Assembly (NCBI RefSeq): GCF_023055435.1
Contig: NW_025963813.1
Location: 16,554,001-16,618,000 of the forward strand
DNA length: 64,000 nucleotides
From: Haliotis rufescens
Lineage: Eukaryota
Direction: 5' to 3'
The translations under genes and the position numbers were made by a program. Below are positions 24,136-36,700 of this stretch, one piece after another (position 1 is the first letter of the stretch; each line of letters begins with the position of its first letter). The notes beneath the pieces were generated by a model. It was given only the letters and a program-made list of their open reading frames with translations. It did no database searches and had not been told where the DNA came from.

Positions 24136-25039
24136 TCGTTCTGAAAAGAATTCATTGAAACTAAAACAGCACAAGCAAGTTATGTTTTTTAAAAACACAG
24201 CGCCATTAGTGGTATGCACTTCGCTGTGTAAGTGTGCACAATCTATTACGCGACGTTAAACCCCATATCACCTCACCTCACGCTCTGCGAGAATGACTTA
24301 AAGAGGTACTTGTCTCGCCTCATTTGGCAGGCAAGTTTGATTCAAGCCGTTAAAACCCATTTGGTTTACTTTCATATTCATCCATCTGGCAATATCTTAC
24401 CAGCTGGAGAAACGAAGCTAATTATTGGTTAATTACAACAAGATAAGAAATTAATGATAAATACAATTAAAAATTAAAAATATATTAAATTAATAAATAA
24501 TAAGGTAAATATTACTCTAATTACATGAAGACCATATTCCTGTTCCACAAGCCATATTTCCGTTTGAGGACATTTCATCCTTTAGGAAGTGCGTTTCTTT
24601 TTGAAGTGAGTATGTAAGCTGTTTTGTGAAGTGTAGCTATAGCTGTAGATTAAATACAACTCGAACACACTCAGACGCAGTAAAGTACTACTGTCGAACA
24701 ATGACGTGACATGCGCCCTTTCCGTCATACCCGCTCCCAGATACCAAACTACGTACACTTCAATACCTTTTGAATTCTTGTTAAGTGACGAAAGTATGAA
24801 ACACTTTAGGACAGAGGGCTCCACTAGGCGGAGTGTTGTGAGTCAACAGTCAATACTGTATTATATATCCACGTAAATAGCTATATACAGAGCTAGTTTG
24901 GGTGTAATGATAAGCTCCGCGGCCGCGCATCGGCTTCCTGGTACGAATAATGCATGCTTGAAGATATTCAATGGAACCAATGCATGAATACGATACTATT
25001 GCATAAAACGTGTTAGTTGGAATTGGACTACATTTCAAA

Positions 25040-28000
25040 ATGGCTGTCTCTCTGTATCTGCCTGTTAGTATCGCCCTCGTGGTTTTGACTGTCGCTGTCG
25101 GTTACACATGTGAGTCTGTCCTGTTTCTTCTCTGATTTTATGTTGTATTTAATGAAAAGAATTTGAACAATTTCACTGATAATGAATCGCGATTGAATGT
25201 ACGGCTCCGATGACTTACATAGTCAATCATTCAGTTCACTTTAGATATATTTCCCCATCAGTGAATCGTACACTTTACCGCAGATATATCTTCCTTTTAT
25301 TTCAGATGTATCGCTTAATCATTCCATCAACTTTGGATCATGAAAATAAAAAATTAAATGAGACAATCCCCCCCCCCCCCACACACACACACACACACCC
25401 TCAGCCTCATATTTTTATACAAAATGGCTGTGGCTGTGGTTGTGGTTGTGGTTGTGGCTATGGTTATGGCTATGGCTATGACTATGGCTGTGGCTGTGGT
25501 ATTGGCTGTGGTTATGTCTATGGTTGTGGTCACGGACATGGTTATGGCTATGGTTATGGCTGTGGTTGTGGTTGTGGCTATGGTTATGGCTATGACTATG
25601 GCTGTGGCTGTGGTATTGGCTTATTGGCTGTAGTTATGTCTATGGTTGTGGTCACGGATATGGTTATGGCTGTGGTTGTGGCTATGACTATGGCTGTGGC
25701 TGTGGTTGTGGCTATGACTATGGCTGTGGCTGTGGTTATGACTATGGTTGTGGTCACGGCTATAGTTATGGCTGTGGTTGTGGCTATGACTATGGCTGTG
25801 GCTGTGGTTATGTTTATGGTTGTGGTCACGGATATGGTTATGGCTGTGGTTGTGGCTATGACTATGGCTGTGGCTGTGGCTGTGGTTATTTTTATGGTTG
25901 TGGTCACGGATATGGTTATGGCTGTGGTTGTGGCTATGACTATGGCTGTGGCTGTGGTTGTGGCTATGACTATGGCTGTGGCTGTGGTTATTTTTATGGT
26001 TGTGGTCACGGATATGGTTATGGCTGTGGCTGTGTTTATGGCTGTGGCATTGGCTGTGGTTATGTTTATGGTTGTGGTCACGGATATGGTTATGGCTATG
26101 GTTGTGACTATGGCTATGGTTATGCCTGTGGTTGTGGCTGTTATTGTGGCTATGGTGAGGGTTAAGGTTCTCCCCTCTTTTTAGTGAATGTTACTTGTAC
26201 CGACCACGACGGCAAACCTATTGTTTTGATTCAGCCTGTAACTTTTCCTTTTCTTTTTCAAGCTTCCTTAACTTGCTACCAGTGCGCCGATTCAGGGGGA
26301 GGAGACGTGGATTGCGGGAATACCTCTGTCCTTCTGAACCTTCCCAAGTCGGAGAAGGTAGTGGAAGATGAGAATGAACCTGAGGAAGATGTACGGATAA
26401 ACAAGTATCATAAAAACTGCACTCCTTTCATGCAACACATGTGCATGATTGAAACGCACATGTCACAGGGTAAGACTTAATGTGAACGTGACTATACCAA
26501 CGTACTCTAAACCAATAACGGGATCAGAGAAAATTGATCTGAGTTCAAAACGTGCCCTTGCTTAGTAGGTGAGTTTGGTTTAACGCAACTATAAACAATA
26601 TGTCAGTTATATCATGCTGTGAAAGCTTGATGTTGGAGGAAAGCCTGAATGTGTCTGGACAGCGAGTTGCGGCGCCGCCCGTGAAGATCCGGGTCTTTAG
26701 CAACCCATACATGTCGTGAGAGGCGACTTACGGGATCGGGTTGTCAGGCGCGCTTCGTTGTCATGTAGACATATCCTGACTGCGTAGATAGAGGTTATCA
26801 CGCGAGTGTGTTTGGGGATAGTAAATTTCCTGCATTAGGAATAAACATTGTATTAAGCGAGCCTTGGCGAGCTAGATACATAGTGTTTATTCCTACAGGA
26901 TATTTACCATCCCAAAACACACAAGCGTGATAACCTTTTTATCATATAATGTCATTCTTTAATTCTGTGCTTGAAAATCGCTTTCCCTCTCTCACAAACA
27001 TGACCGAAACATTGCCAGTTTCCTGGAATGTGCGCATTAATATTTATTACGTCACAGGGTAAGTGATGTGTCTGTCAGACAGTGACAGTAGCCAATATAG
27101 TTCCAACTGAAATCTGTTTCTTATACAGTGGCGAAGCAACATATACGCAAAACAACAATTGTTTTACTTGCCTTTCGCGGCAATCCATTGGTCTGTCCGC
27201 TAAAGTAACTGCCCTTTGTCAAAGGGAAGCTACTCTAACCCTAGTCTATGAGACGTCACGGCCACGGCCAGACGTTGTTGACTGTCTGTCCTGTCATAAC
27301 GTTAAGAAGTGCAGTCAGATGTATACACAACGACAAAACGAAACATACATATTTCGGCCAAATCCAACTATTTTAATTTGTGGAAAAGGTTTCAGGTCGT
27401 AGAGGTCCACAAGCACAAATATGGCTACTGATCCCGCTTGGCTAGGCCTAGTGCCTAGCGCAAAAATGTTTCGAAATTTATATTTCCAAAGTTGCCAAAA
27501 CCTATAACATACCTCAGCTTCGTCACAGTTAGACACTGATTTTCAGTATATTAGATTTTTTATAATGATAGCAATTATCCCTGTAGTTTAGCCAGATTCC
27601 CGATGGTAAATTCTGACTCGATCGCCGAATGACAAGGACGACGCCATGTTTGTTAATAAACACTAAAAGTAGTCCCAACTTGACCTTTGATATTTGCATC
27701 TCTATCCGCATATGACCCCAATGGATATCGTTTTTATCCGTTGGCTTTATCCTGCCGAGAAACCTACCCATTACATGATAAATCGTGATATCAGTCACTG
27801 GATTATCTGGTCCAGACTCGATAATTTACAGACCGTCGTCATATAGCTGGAATATTGCGGCGTTGAACAACAAATAAACAAAGACTTCCAGCGCCTACTG
27901 AAACAGTCGAATCAGACCAAAAACATTGGCCCTAACTTACATTGATGTATGGTTATCTAATAATGCATATTCTCAAGAATAAAGTTTAGTTGTTATTCCA

Positions 28001-29660
28001 GAGAAGCCTCTATGAAAAGGACAGATTACGAATGTGTGTTTGTTTATTTGTTTGTTGTTTAACGCCGCACTCAGCAATATTCCAGTAATAAAAAGGCGGT
28101 TTGCAATTAATCGAGTCTGGACCAGATCATCCAATGATTGGCATCGTTCTACGCAAGTGGGATACGGTGACATGCAACCAACAGAGTCACCGAATCAGAC
28201 CACACCATCTACTTAGGATGCCGGGGACCTATTTTCTTCCACGGAATTCCCGAGGGTCTGAAGTGATAGATAACCGATGCATTTTTGTGCGATAGAGTTA
28301 AAAAATATATATATACCAACTTCAAAGCAGCTTCGTGTTTCCCGTCGTCTGACTTCTGAAATAACCGAATCAGACTACAATCATTTTGGTCATGAGCCTG
28401 AACTCTAGATGTATAATTATGTAATAATGAATAGTCATAATTAATTACTGAAGGCACGTGAATCCAAGCTGCCAAAGTCGCAACAATTCTTGTGTACCTT
28501 AGGCGTGCCAGAATTTTTTGATCATGTTTGTTTGTTGTAAAAAAATCGAGTCTGGACCAGACAATCCTGTGATTGACATCAAGCATCGTCCAACGCATTT
28601 GGGATATGATGATATGCAACCAAGTCAGCAAGCTTCACCATCCGATCCCATCAGTCGCCTCTGACAAGCATAGAAGACCAACTGAAGACCAATTCTAATG
28701 GGTTTATACCGGTCTGAATATGGCTTATGGTTGGTCAGGGGGCACGGGTGGCCCAGTCGTCTAAGGCGCCGCAATTCGCTGTGCAGAGTTCCTTCCGTTG
28801 GGCACACCAGAAACATATGATTGTGGGTTCGAATCCCGGTTGCCCCGATTATGTTTCTAGGTTTGTAAGCACCATACCTGTGCTCGTGGGTTTCACCGAA
28901 GTGGTAAACGTCCGAGACCTGCATCACTTCGGGCTTTCCTCCCACATTAAGCTGACACGCCGTGATATAACTGAAATACTGTTAAAAGCGGCGTTAAACC
29001 CAACTCACTCACTATGGTTTGTCAGCACCAACCCATGCTTCCACGTTTCACCAGAGTGTTGAACCTCTAAGACCTGCATCATTCTGAGCTTACACTGGCT
29101 TTGAGCCGACATTATGTGGTAAATTGAAATATCGTTATCAGCGGAGTTACACCCAACTCACTCACTCTAAAACACATTTCCCGTCTTACCCTTGCAGGAT
29201 TCTGGTGTCCCCCGCCGTGATATTGCTGGAATATTGCTAAAAGCGGCGTAAAACCTCACTCACTCACTCACTCACTACCCTTGCAGGTAACGTCCGCAGC
29301 TACATCCGTGACTGCAGTGATGGGAAGACCTTCTCCTTCAAGGTGGACAAGTACCCTCTTCTGCAGCACCGTCCGCCCAACAACGAGACTACATGCACCT
29401 ACGATGTTCAGCCGAATATGCAAATCTGCATCACGCTATGCAACAGCGACCTCTGTAACGGTCCGCAGCCTCTGCCGAAAAAGGACGTCGTATGTCGGAA
29501 TACTACAGATTTTTATGGTCAAGTCGAGGTTACCTGCGGAGCCTCATCGTTACGTCATGGCATGATGGATGCTTCACTGAACACATTGTTGGATGTGTTG
29601 GGAACGAGATACCTGGTACCATTTCTCATCTACAGTTTGGCTGTTTCTCTTGTGATGTAA
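25040..29660 (+). CDS. Ly6/uPAR three-finger (quiver/sleepless-like) protein, predicted secreted and GPI-anchored, 216 aa
   Basis: Exons 25040-25109 (signal peptide MAVSLYLPVSIALVVLTVAVGYT), 26263-26469 (SLTCYQC...C...C...C) and 29287-29660 (YIRDCS...C...CITLCNSDLCN, then a hydrophobic tail). GT-AG introns, phases 1/1. Ten-Cys pattern from CYQC to CNxDxCN. Confidence 0.88.
25425..26155. repeat. Degenerate hexamer microsatellite (GGYTRT)n in Ly6 intron 1
   Basis: GGCTGT/GGTTGT/GGCTAT/GGTTAT units with higher-order repetition. Confidence 0.95.
26791..27785 (+). mobile_element. ~1-kb Crypton-like non-autonomous element with 5' palindrome, inserted into a family C short retroelement
   Basis: The host repeat breaks at 26790 (ctgcgtagat) and resumes at ~27786 (gtgatatcagtcactgg). 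The insert begins with palindrome 26792-26936 centred on GCGAGCCTTGGCGAGC and ends CATGATAAA. No TIRs. Confidence 0.6.
28739..29013 (+). mobile_element. tRNA-derived SINE family B (~280 bp)
   Basis: A box TGGCCCAGTCGTCTAAGG, long spacer, B box GGTTCGAATCCC, tail GCGGCGTTAAACCCAACTCACTC. Partial copies at 37560-37670(-), 45000-45130, 47460-47640(-), 50165-50290(-). Confidence 0.88.
29199..29275 (+). mobile_element. 5'-truncated SINE family A whose TSD duplicates a splice acceptor
   Basis: TSD TACCCTTGCAGG at 29187-29198 and 29276-29287. Confidence 0.9.
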
Positions 29661-29759
29661 ATGGTGTAGGTAAATTTGGTGGTCCGAGGTCTTCAAGTTA
29701 CCCCACTGACTACTTGTTTATTCTGACAAAGACCTGGGTGAAAAAGAGGTTTAAAATCG

Positions 29760-30170
29760 CATTGAAGATAATTTCACTGATATAGCGACGTTAATGTATG
29801 TGTGTGTGTGACGGTATGTGTGTATGTATGCCGATTTTATTGTGCTAGCCCACTAAGATACCATGCCGCAGTTTAACATGTGTACTCCATTCAGGCACAG
29901 TATACCGACTCCAAGCCGACGAGTCCTTGTTTTAGCCCCTTAATGCCGAGGGCCAGGCAGGGTAAAAACAAGTTCCATCTTTTAATGCTGGTTTAGGATA
30001 CCAGACCATTGAGACACATATACAAGTCCGCACACTGATGCCCCACCTAGACACAGTATACTGTCTCCATTGTTCCTTGCTGTATCACGTAAATGCTGAG
30101 CGTCAGGCAGGGTAACAATAAGTACCATCTTTTAGTGGCCAGGGGATCGACCCTCCAACCTTCCGCTCCT
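29760..30170 (-). mobile_element. Two tandem V-SINE fragments
   Basis: Reverse-complement matches to 55087-55380. Confidence 0.7.
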
Positions 30171-30746
30171 GACAAAGAAACTTCGCGTTCTGAGCAGAGA
30201 AGACGTTACAAACCAAAACAATACCTTCCTCTTGTCTTGACGAAAATGAAACTTTTCATTCAACTGTGGACGTGCAAAATGTTCGATTGGCTGCCAAACG
30301 ATGCCAACTGAAAATCGAAGCACGGGGCGTGTTGTGTGGATCTTTTATTTCAGTCACAAGACAGCCGAACGTAAACGTTTTCGAAATCTGTTTAGATTTT
30401 ATTTGGCAATTAGAAAACAAATCAACACCACCATAGGGCCTCACTGATTGTACAGTGGACAATTAAGCCTGGACTGCGGCATGACGAACCCTCGCTTAAA
30501 CTGCCTCTCGATGGATTTTGATTCTGCACTTTGAATTATCCTGGTATCGACATTTCATTAATTCTTTGATTTTGTCGAATTTTTAAAGCTTTTGAGAATA
30601 TTTGTGGAAACCTGTACACTGTCATTTTAAATTATGTGCACTTTACATCGCAGCTACACATCGTTTTGCCTGATTGTTACAAATGAAATTAGCGCAATGA
30701 TATTATTTCACATTTGTAATTTGACCAAGCCCTTATATTCACATTA

Positions 30747-30988
30747 GGCACGGGTGGCCAAGGCGCCGCGATTCGCTGTGCAGAGTTGCGTCCCTTGGGC
30801 ACGCCAGAAACCTATGATCGTGGGTTCGAATCCCGGTTCGCCCCGATTATGTTTCTAGGTTTGTCAGCACCATACCCGTGCTCATGGGTTTCACCGAAGT
30901 TATAACGTCTGAGACCTGCATCACTTCGGGCTTACTGTTAACTGGAATACTGTTCAAAGCGGCGTTAAACCCAACACACTCACTCACT
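30747..30988 (+). mobile_element. SINE family B
   Basis: Match to 28739-29013 with small deletions. Confidence 0.85.
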
Positions 30989-32207
30989 ATATTCGCATTA
31001 CTAGCTGTCGGTTAACAAAACTTGTTGGTACTAAATCCCAACTGAAACATTTTGTTCAGCTCTTTGGCATCCAGTGAAGCAAACATGCGTAACCGTTTTA
31101 CGCCACAATCAAGTATTAGGTATCATAACGGTGACAAGTGAAAGTGAGATGCAGTTGAATGAAGCGTTTTCCCTTATCTGATTGTACCACTAGATGGAAT
31201 TCATCTGAAAGATGTACACCTGGAAATATTTAAAGAATGACAGATAAATCCTTAAAAGTGGCAAACTACGAATTGTTTTTTTTTGTTTTTTAGAAAAACA
31301 CATATTTCGGAATACATCTTCATAATACAAGAAAAAATGCAGAATGTCACAAACATTAACTGTGCATACCAATATATATAACTAAATAAATTTAATATTA
31401 TTAATAAAACATAGTTTACTTATATGTATGACACGTTGCAAAAAATGAGTGCGTACCATCTTGGGCTTCGAACTGATTTCACCTGGCAGGCGTGTTAGAG
31501 GAGGATTTCCAAAATGTTTCGTTTATACGTCGTGGGTGTGATGGAGGAGGCGTCGATCGGAGGGAGGGGTGGGGGTCGGGGTTGGGGTTGGGGCACAAAT
31601 GAAAAGGTCGGATCGGACGCCGCAATTCCTACCATACCCGTGGCCTTGGGTGTCACCACAGGCCAAAGTGCTGGACGCCTAAGAGCTGCACACATGAGAT
31701 GTTGTCAGAGCTGCGCGCATACCGTCGTGCTGTGACAGGGATAACAATGGCATATACAGTGGTTTTTCTGCCTTAGTGAAAAAAATGGTTAACGAAAGGC
31801 TCGTTCAGAGCCGCAGATTAAGATACTGGAACGTGTTTTGCACAACTTGTGGATGGAAAATAAAATTACCTGAATATTTAGAAACAATGTCTGTGGACCT
31901 CGTGATCACGCGCTCTTTGATCGGGAAAAGAGTGAGTGAGTGAGTGAGTGAGTGAGTGAGTGAGTGGGCGTCGTCAAACCAATATTTCGCTATATATTAA
32001 ACTTATTTTAAGTTCAATAATAAACGCGACAGAACCCTTTCCATATTCATAAGAGATATCTACTAAAAGCAGAGTCGATTGTACGAATCCGACTGTATCA
32101 TGATGGTGTGTCTGCGTATCAAATGGTGGTGGTACCAGGTGTTCGCGAAAATGTGAGTCTACCCTGCCCCTACTGCTACTTTAAAGATAAAGGGACAAGC
32201 ACCTGTG

Positions 32208-32712
32208 CCCGCGAAGATCCCGTAGAATAGGTCTTCAGCAACCCATGCTTGTCTTTAGAGGCGACTAACGGGATCGGGTGGTCAGGCTCGCTGACTTGGT
32301 TGATACATGTAATCGTATCCAAATTGCGTGGTTCTATACTCAAGATTGTCTTGTCCAGACTCGATTATTTACAGACCGCCGTCATATAGCTGGAATATTG
32401 CTGAGTGCGGCGTTAAACAACAATCAAACAAACAAACATAACGAAATATGCCATTTTTCAACACCGCTGATCATTAAAAATTGTTTAACATGATTAACAC
32501 AACGCTTTGCTCCCCAAGCATTTACATTAGCTGGAATATTGCTGAGTGCGGCGTTAAACAACAATCAAAAAAACAAACATAACGAAATATGCCATTTTTC
32601 AACACCGCTGTTCATTAAAAATTGTTTAACATGATTAACACAACGCTTTGCTCCCAAAGCATTTACATTAGCTGGAATATTGCTGAGTGCGGCGTGAAAA
32701 AAACAAACAAAA
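32208..32712 (+). mobile_element. Family C element followed by a 141-bp tandem duplication of its tail plus flank (~2.3 copies)
   Basis: TAGCTGGAATATTGCTGAGTGCGGCG recurs at 32387, 32528 and 32669. Confidence 0.85.
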
Positions 32713-33296
32713 GCAAACGTCACATTGAAAGAAGTTGAAATCCACAAGTCAAACCTGTCCTTACTGGTACTACAGGTCATAAGGGGTAGGTAATGGGATT
32801 TTGAGAACGGAGACTGGATATTTTTTTATCTAAAGGGTCAAAAACCAGATATTGGCAAACACCAGACCCCCCACCCCCACCCCCCACCCCCCGCCTCCAC
32901 TCACACACACCCAAACAAGGCTGTTATTCAACATGGTTGAAGACCAAGCGTCCGTGACCGTACAGCCCAGAACAATGACTACACTCTGATTCACACATTG
33001 CCCACCTACCACATACCTGTTGACAATGTCACAAACGTTAATGAACAATTGCAAATTAACACGCTTTATGCGGCCATTCATTGTGTCCCGTTACCTTAGC
33101 CTTGGAGCGGTTGTGACGGGTTCATAATTAACAATTGCTTCACATTCTACTCAATCCGATTGGATCCCGCTAATCCCTTTACAAATGACATGGCTAATTT
33201 TGTACTAATCCGACTACTCTAGATACTGTATAGTTTCTATTGAATTCCACTTGCACGTTACTCCCTCGTAAGTGGTTTTGTTGACATCACATGTTG

Positions 33297-33304
33297 TATA
33301 TAAG
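33297..33304 (+). promoter_or_regulatory. TATA box of the secreted repeat-protein gene
   Basis: TATATAAG about 30 nt upstream of an Inr-like TCAGT (~33330), followed by a short non-coding exon with a consensus donor. Confidence 0.6.
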
Positions 33305-33794
33305 AGCAGAGCGATGTTCTGTCTCCGTGTCAGTCCAAGCGGCTTCAGGTAACGACAAGAAGGTAAGTGTAGCGGGATCTATCAATCTATCTGTGAAAAC
33401 ATCGGGTGGAGCTCAACTTTATTTTGGTAGTGTACAATTAAGAAGTACTTTATGACTGTAAATATTAAGGCTCTTGGATATCCATTGCTTGTGCGGCGTC
33501 ATTAACTGAAACTGTACATAGTATATGTCGTTGCAATGGCCACTGAGCCCATTTTAGTCATCTCTTTAGACAGAAAAGATTGATTGGAGTCACTTCTAAC
33601 CCGGATCTCCACATGGTACCACATTATTGGCTTATATTCATTCAGTGTTATAAAAAAATTAGTCAATACTGATCGCATACGTATCCAATTACCTCATGTA
33701 CATATTGCATTAATCTTATTATTTGGCGCCTCTGAGCAAAGCAGTTATGCTTACTGATCAAAACTTTTAACTGCCAGTACTCGAGTCCTCCACG

Positions 33795-35693
33795 ATGAAG
33801 CTGTTCCTCTGTCTGGTCCTCCTGCCTGTGCTGGTCCTCGCCGCACCGTCCCTGAAGATGGAGCTCCTGGAGGAGCTGCTGAAGAGGCTGGAGAGGAGGC
33901 AGCTCGGGGACACGACACCTGTCACCGAGGACATGACACCTGTCACCAAGGACATGACACCTGTAAGCGAAGGTACAACGCCTCTCAGCGAGGGTACAAC
34001 CTCTCTGACCGAGATGGACACCTCTTCAGACGACCATACGGAATCGACAACTGCAGAAGAAATGGACACTTCACCATCGGTCACCTACGACATGACATCC
34101 GATACCATTCAAAGCGACATGACGACACCTTTATATGACATATCCTCTTCACCGACAACGCCTAACGACGCCAGGGATATGACAACTCCATCTGCTTCAG
34201 GTAGGTGATTCATATACGGCCAAATATATATTCTTGTCTTCATGTCATGTCAGAAGTGTTTCATCTCCCTATTAATTTCAAGACGAAGCTAAATCAATAC
34301 AGTTTTTCATTTCTAAATCGGTCTTTTCAGACATGGGACCAAGAGAATACATGAGGCAAGCTACAGAAGGCGTGTGTATGCTACTGGCTTTCGTGAAAGG
34401 ACAAGAGAGGCTTTTGGAAATGTTTGGCAATCATGGAGGTTCACCTATGATGGCTGGTCTCATGGGAGGATTACCGCCACAGTCCCGTGCAATTGGGGGG
34501 CTACCGAACATGATTGGTCCCATGGGAGATCTGCCTAAACAGTCCGGTTCTATGGGAGGTATGCGTAAACAGTCCGGTTCTATGGGAGGTATGCGTAAAC
34601 AGTTTGGTTCTATGGGAGGTATGCGTAAACAGTTTGGTTCTATGGAAGGGATGCGTAAACAGTCCGGTTCTATGGGAGGTATGCGTAAACAGCCCGGTTC
34701 TGTGGAAGGGTTACCTAAACGTCCCACTGAAGACTCTTTCCCCTGGGAGGAGGCTGAACAGAAGCTACAGGACCTCTGCGATCTCGTCAACAGCTACAGC
34801 TCCGAACCTCTGAAGCTGGCGCAGACCCTGGTTGAACAGATGGGAGGTCAGTATAAATTATATGATGATCTTATTATTGTGACACGACATCTACTCTGAC
34901 TTATCATTGAATGCACAGTACCTTAATATAACTGAATTTATTTATCTTGCATTACATTTGACCCCGTGGTCTAAGTCGACGTAGGATTATGATTTTTGGT
35001 TTATCAACACCATATCCGTGATCTTGGGTTCTATCAACCAGTAATCGTCAGCGATCTGTGTCACTTCAATACATAATATAACTGAAATACTATTCATTAG
35101 TATTAAACCCAACTCACCTCACTCACACACATTTTGTACACTCATATTTCTGCATTAGGGGGCACAGGTGGCCCAGTCGTCTGAGGCGCCGCGATTCGCT
35201 GTGCAGAGTTGCGTCCCTTGGACACGCCAGAAATCTATGATTTTGGAGTCAAAACCCGGTTCGCCCCGATTATGTTTCTAGGTTTGTCAGCACCCTACCC
35301 ATGCTCGTGGGTTTCACCGAAGTGGTAAACGTCTAAAACCTGCATCACTTCGGGCTTTCCTCCCACATTAAGCTGACACGCCGCGATATAACTGGAATAA
35401 TGTTAAAGCGGCGTTAACCTCATCTCACTCACTCAAATCGAGTCCGTTTTTACCAGTAAATGACTCATAATTTACACAGGTTTTAAATGGCAACTTAAAG
35501 CTAGATCTGCATGTGTCATTGACTCTTTATTGCATATATCAATGAATATTCATTCGTGTCTGGCGTACCGCTTATGATTAGCAAACTGAGGCTGAATTTA
35601 CGGTAAATGACGTTTCCCCTGACATCTGTTTCAAAACCCGCGTGACACAAATGTTAATGTGTTATTCGTTTTTTTTCAGCTCACAAAGGTTGA
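33795..35693 (+). CDS. Uncharacterised secreted low-complexity/repeat protein, 311 aa
   Basis: Coding exons 33795-34200, 34331-34846 and 35680-35693 (GT-AG, phases 1/1, ends AHKG then TGA TAG). Signal peptide MKLFLCLVLLPVLVLA and GC3-rich codon usage in the non-repeat parts. Upstream TATATAA at ~33297, non-coding exon donor AAG|GTAAGT at 33362, AATAAA at 35960. Confidence 0.85.
35158..35435 (+). mobile_element. SINE family B (intronic)
   Basis: Full-length match to 28739-29013. Confidence 0.88.
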
Positions 35694-36095
35694 TAGATTG
35701 TCTCTTGAGCCGACTCATTAACTCCTCCAGCCTCACCCAGACCGATGGACAACCCGCTCATTCACGAACAGTGTCGCTTCTGACGCCAGTCAGATCACCT
35801 GATCCTATGATACAAAACCATGTAACTATTGCAATGATAGTTGCTAAAAGGCATTATAAGTATTATATTCTAATCGAAGAGATTACTATTTTTATCATTA
35901 CATGAATTTCTTATTATCTTCACGTTGATCATAACCGATATTGTTCTATATTTAATACAAATAAACCACGATTGTTGTTTGTACTTGGGTCTTGTTTGTC
36001 TTCACTACTGCCATTACAATGCCAACATACCAATTGAGAAATGTGTCCAAGCGCTGATGATCTAACAATTCGGGGTCTTGTCATCAAGATTCAAG

Positions 36096-36260
36096 TGAGT
36101 GAGTGAGTATGGTTTTACGCCGCTTTTAGCAATAATCCAGCAATATCACGGCGGGGGACACCAGAAATGGGCTTCACACATTGTACACATGTAGGGAATC
36201 GAACCTGGGTTTTCGGCGTGACGAGCGAACGCTTTAACCACTAGGCTACCCGACCGCCCC
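36096..36260 (-). mobile_element. Full-length SINE family A with 15-bp TSD
   Basis: TSD TCATCAAGAT(T/A)CAAG at 36081-36095 and 36261-36275. Confidence 0.9.
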
Positions 36261-36329
36261 TCATCAAGATACAAGATACGCTTAATATATTTCACGTCGG
36301 TTTTCACAGGCAAATCATAACATTAGCTC

Positions 36330-36700
36330 TGTAGAGCTACTATGCTAACAACAGGTTAAGTGAATACAAAATATAAGCAAGGATACATGTTCGTGTACAT
36401 ACATATGTTTGATAATAAATCGCTTGTTCGAGCTTTACGTAAATTCGGAGTGTCATTACACCTTTTCAATGTGTATATTAGACATTGATGTCCAAAACGA
36501 GAAGTTGCAAAGGGTATCTGTAAAAACTGCCATTTAGGCGAAATTGAGGTTTAATTTCATGTTTTATTAGCGTGTGATAAGTATGAACATCTAAGAGAAG
36601 CGTTTATTCCGAAGGTTAACAATAGGCGTAAAAAACAAGATGTTAATGATCAGTCTTATAAAATCAAACAACTCTGCTGTTATCCGTTCACTCACATATG
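36330..36700 (+). mobile_element. LINE ORF2 C-terminal zinc-finger remnant
   Basis: Degenerate IC.NCHLGEIE..FHVLLACDKYEHLREAFIP motif. Confidence 0.55.

Noticed and set aside
25210-26184. 324-aa ORF with GCGYGY repeats resembling glycine/tyrosine-rich shell or keratin-associated proteins
   Set aside because: It is a hexamer microsatellite inside intron 1 of the Ly6 gene, open in several frames on both strands, shifts frame midway and has no signal peptide.
31440-31780. GC-rich patch faintly resembling rRNA or a short ORF
   Set aside because: No sustained rRNA similarity, splice structure or recognisable protein motif.
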